Shown: piece by piece, positions 59,904 through 64,000 of the stretch | Layout of the letters: the number at the start of each line of letters is the position of its first letter | Position numbering within the stretch: position 1 is the first letter of the stretch | From: the human T2T-CHM13v2.0 reference genome, Homo sapiens | NCBI RefSeq assembly: GCF_009914755.1 | Contig: NC_060934.1 | Reading direction: 5' to 3' (one strand) | Length of the DNA stretch: 64,000 bases | The notes under the pieces: generated by a model | What the model saw: only the letters and a program-made list of their open reading frames with translations | What the model was told of the DNA's origin: nothing | The model's database searches: none | Program-made: the position numbers and the translations under genes

Positions 59904-60609
59904 ATAAACTGCTAATTTCCTCTATTATTCCCTTTTCTGTTTTAGAGGGAAGTAGTTTATGTTTATCATATAATTTACACTTATTTTAGTTGTTCTTCTC
60001 TGGTTGAATATTTTTCTGTTATTTCCTGCTTTTGTTGGAGTTAAACAATTTACTTTGAAATATTACTCATTTGTAGAGTTTGTTATGAGAGTGTTGCTGT
60101 TGAGACATAATCACTAAAGTTTCTGTTTACATATAAACCTAGAGCACAGTGATATAATAGAGGGGTTAATTCAAGTGAACATTTATTGTAAAATGGACAT
60201 CTGTCATATTGTTGGACAAAAGACAGGTTGATTATTTTATCAATCAATGACTTGAGGCTACCTGCAAAATTTTAAAAATATGAAATATGAGTTTCTTTTT
60301 CCTTTAGAGAACAGATACAAGTTTTGGAGCTTGAGGTTGGGTAAGTTTGGACTGAGACATAATTGTAGTGTAGAACATTTATATCAAAGGTAATTTTTGT
60401 TGTTGTTGTTCATGGATGTCTGCCTAGAGGTTTGGAATTATTATAATCAGGAGAATTTGCACATTTCAGTGTGATCTTCAGAAATAAACTCTTGTCAGGG
60501 AGAATGTATTTGAATAAAACTTAATAATGAAAGATAATAATTTTGCTCCAGACAGGTTTCTTCACTGTAAGCATCAGATACTCACAGAGTATGTAGAAAA
60601 TATGTGTCC

Positions 60610-60920
<311 letters not shown>

Positions 60921-61056
60921 AGAAAATATGTGTCCTTATCAATTAGTTTTGTCATTTTTTCCTAAAAGCTATCTCCTATTGCAGAAACATTATGTTTTTA
61001 AAGAGGAATGAGTTGATCAACAGCCTTGATCATGGGATCTAAAGTCTTCAGCTGCA

Positions 61057-61385
<329 letters not shown>

Positions 61386-62189
61386 GAAGTCTTCAGCTAC
61401 TTTCTCCTCACATTAATACAGTCTCTTCTCCATGGTCTTCAAGGCCATTGCCTGTGGCCTCAAGCACTTTCCCACCCTCTCTCCCCTGCCTGTTCTTGAA
61501 AGCTCTCACCAGATGAGCTGCTGAAGTTCCCTGAGTGTGTACCATGCATTACCACTTCTGCCATTCCTCCTGCTCTTCCTTCTCTAAGTGCGTCTCCATC
61601 CATCCATTTTCCAATTTTTCCTGCAGATTTATCTCAAGTGACACTCTCCACAAAAGGACGTGTTGTCTTAGAATTCTCAGTGCACTTTATGCCTTCTTCA
61701 AAGGCACTTGCTTGATATTGTAGGGTTTCCTTTTCTTTCCATTTCTACCTCTCTCTCATGTATTCTATTAGACTAGACCATACATTCCTGAGGTCAGGGT
61801 CTGTTGTCATTTATTTCTGAATCTGCTGTGGCAACAACCAATAAATAGTTGCAATAAATGGTTGTTGGACTGAACTGAACTGACTAGAACTATAGTTCAA
61901 GCTGAATTATTAATTTGAATGCCACGTTGGGAGACTTTTTAAATAATTCCCATGCTAAGACTTTGTCCATCCCTAGGATAGAAATAAATTTAAAACGAAC
62001 TTTGGAGAGTAACTGTTGAAACCAAAGCATAAGATCCAGAAGTCTGCTAAACTATCCTTCTACTATTAGGTGGGACTTTCAAAAAATTCATTCGACCATT
62101 CTTCTATCCTGCTGGTTTCTGAGTGAATGTTCACTCATGTTCTTAATCTCATATCTTTTTTCTTTTATACATTCCTTTAAAAAAAATTC

Positions 62190-63095
62190 TTTGTTTTCAT
62201 TTTTAATAATATGTATTTAAGCTGTGCAACATGATGCTTGTTTATTTTCTTATTCTATGTATAAGAGAAAGCAAATTGCATTTGTATTTCCGTGTCTGAA
62301 TTATTTTACTTAGCACAATGTCCCCCAGATTCATCCATGCTATCACAAATAGCAAGATCTTCTTTTTTAAAGCTAAATAATATTCCATTGTGCATATATA
62401 TGCACTATATATGCAATATATAATGTATATACACTATATATGCACTATATAGTATATATGCACTATATATAATATATATGCACTACATATGCAATATATA
62501 ATATAAATGCCCTATATATGCAATATATATAATATATGCACTATATATGCAATATATATAATATATATGCACTATATATGGAATGTATATGCACTACATA
62601 TGCAATGTATGTGGAATATATATCCAGTTATTCATCAATGGACACTCAGGTTGTTGTCATATCTTGGCTATTGTGAATAATGCTTCAATTAACATGGGAG
62701 TGAAGATACCTCTTAAAGGCTCTGGTTTTATTTTCTTCAGGTATATATACAGAAGAGAGGTTGCTAGCTCATATGGTGGTTTTATTTTTGATTTTTTGAA
62801 GCAACTTCATATTGTTCTTTTTATGGCTCTACCAATTTACATTCCCACCAACAGTGTATAAGGGTTGCCTTTTCTCCACATCCTCACCCACACTTACTAT
62901 CTATTGTCTTTTTGACAATAGCCATCTTAATATTAGTAGGTGTGAGATGATACCTTATTGTGATTTTGATTTGTATTTCCCTAATGATTAGTGATGTTGA
63001 GGACCATGTCATATGCCTGTTGGCCATTTTTTTTGTCTTCTTTGGAGAAATGTCTTTTTTAGGCACTTTGCCTATTTTAATATCAGTTATTTACA
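62190..63095 (-). mobile_element. Old L1 3' fragment containing an AT-rich tandem expansion
   Basis: ORF 62884..63066 resembles ORF2p [23 protein letters not shown]. Confidence 0.82.
62390..62622. repeat. AT-rich minisatellite (atatatgcact / atatatgcaat units)
   Basis: Repeated tatatgca[c/a]tatat units. Confidence 0.88.
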
Positions 63096-63114
63096 TTAAG
63101 CCTTCTGTTGATAG

Positions 63115-63449
<335 letters not shown>

Positions 63450-63660
63450 GTTTACTTATGCTTTTAATTTAATATCTTAAAATATGATATACATATATAT
63501 GTACATATGCATACATATATGGTGGTGGTGGTGTTTCATTTCACTGAAGATGAAGACTATTAAATAATTTTGGTTCTTTGTGGGATTCTTTTTGAATTAA
63601 ACTGTTTTAGGCCTCATGTCACTAAACTATAATGAAGGAGGCTGTAAAAATATTGTCTCG

Positions 63661-63944
63661 GCTGGGCGTGGTGGCTCACACCTGTGATCCCAGCACTTTT
63701 TTGGGAGGTGGAGGTGGGTAGATCAAGAGGTCAGGAGATCAAGACCATCCTGGCCAACATGGTGAAACCCCGTCTTCCCTAAAAATAAAAAAAATTAGCC
63801 AGGCATGGTGGCATGCACCTGTAGTCCCAGCTACTCAGGAGGCTGAGGCAGGAGAATCGCTTGACCCGGGAGGTGGAGGTTGAGATTGCGCCACTGCACT
63901 CCAGCTGGGCGACAGAGCAAGACTTCATCTCAAAAAAAAAAAAA
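63661..63944 (+). mobile_element. AluS (Sc-like); another Alu starts at the window end
   Basis: Alu consensus. Confidence 0.88.
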
Positions 63945-64000
63945 TTCTCATAAAACTTGTTTTGAGGTGAGGTTCAGTGGCTCACACCTGTAATCCCAAC

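Overview
This is human genomic DNA, not microbial; it carries two AluYb8 elements, a human-lineage subfamily. About 56 kb of repeat-rich, AT-rich intergenic sequence is followed by a CpG island holding the promoter and first coding exon of PLXDC2 (+ strand, ATG 57340, donor GTAAGT at 57452) and about 6.5 kb of intron 1. Almost every ORF in the supplied track is a by-product of Alu, L1, LTR, microsatellite or GC-rich sequence; the real exon is missing from the track. Other features are a retrocopy of the EEF1A1 3'UTR, a U6 snRNA pseudogene, two long decayed L1M elements, an L1PA/PB 3' half, MaLR and ERV1 LTRs, Tigger MITEs, more than 20 Alus and an intronic CTCF motif. I found no new gene system. 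The most unusual signal is a set of local templated-insertion or template-switch scars: a perfect 89-bp ectopic copy with a fold-back junction, a 144-bp Alu-to-Alu copy bounded by ATAGT microhomology, and iterated L1 snippets. The two AluYb8 copies also share a non-consensus linker. Repeat family names and consensus comparisons are from memory and by eye; repeat boundaries without a stated target-site duplication (TSD) are approximate.
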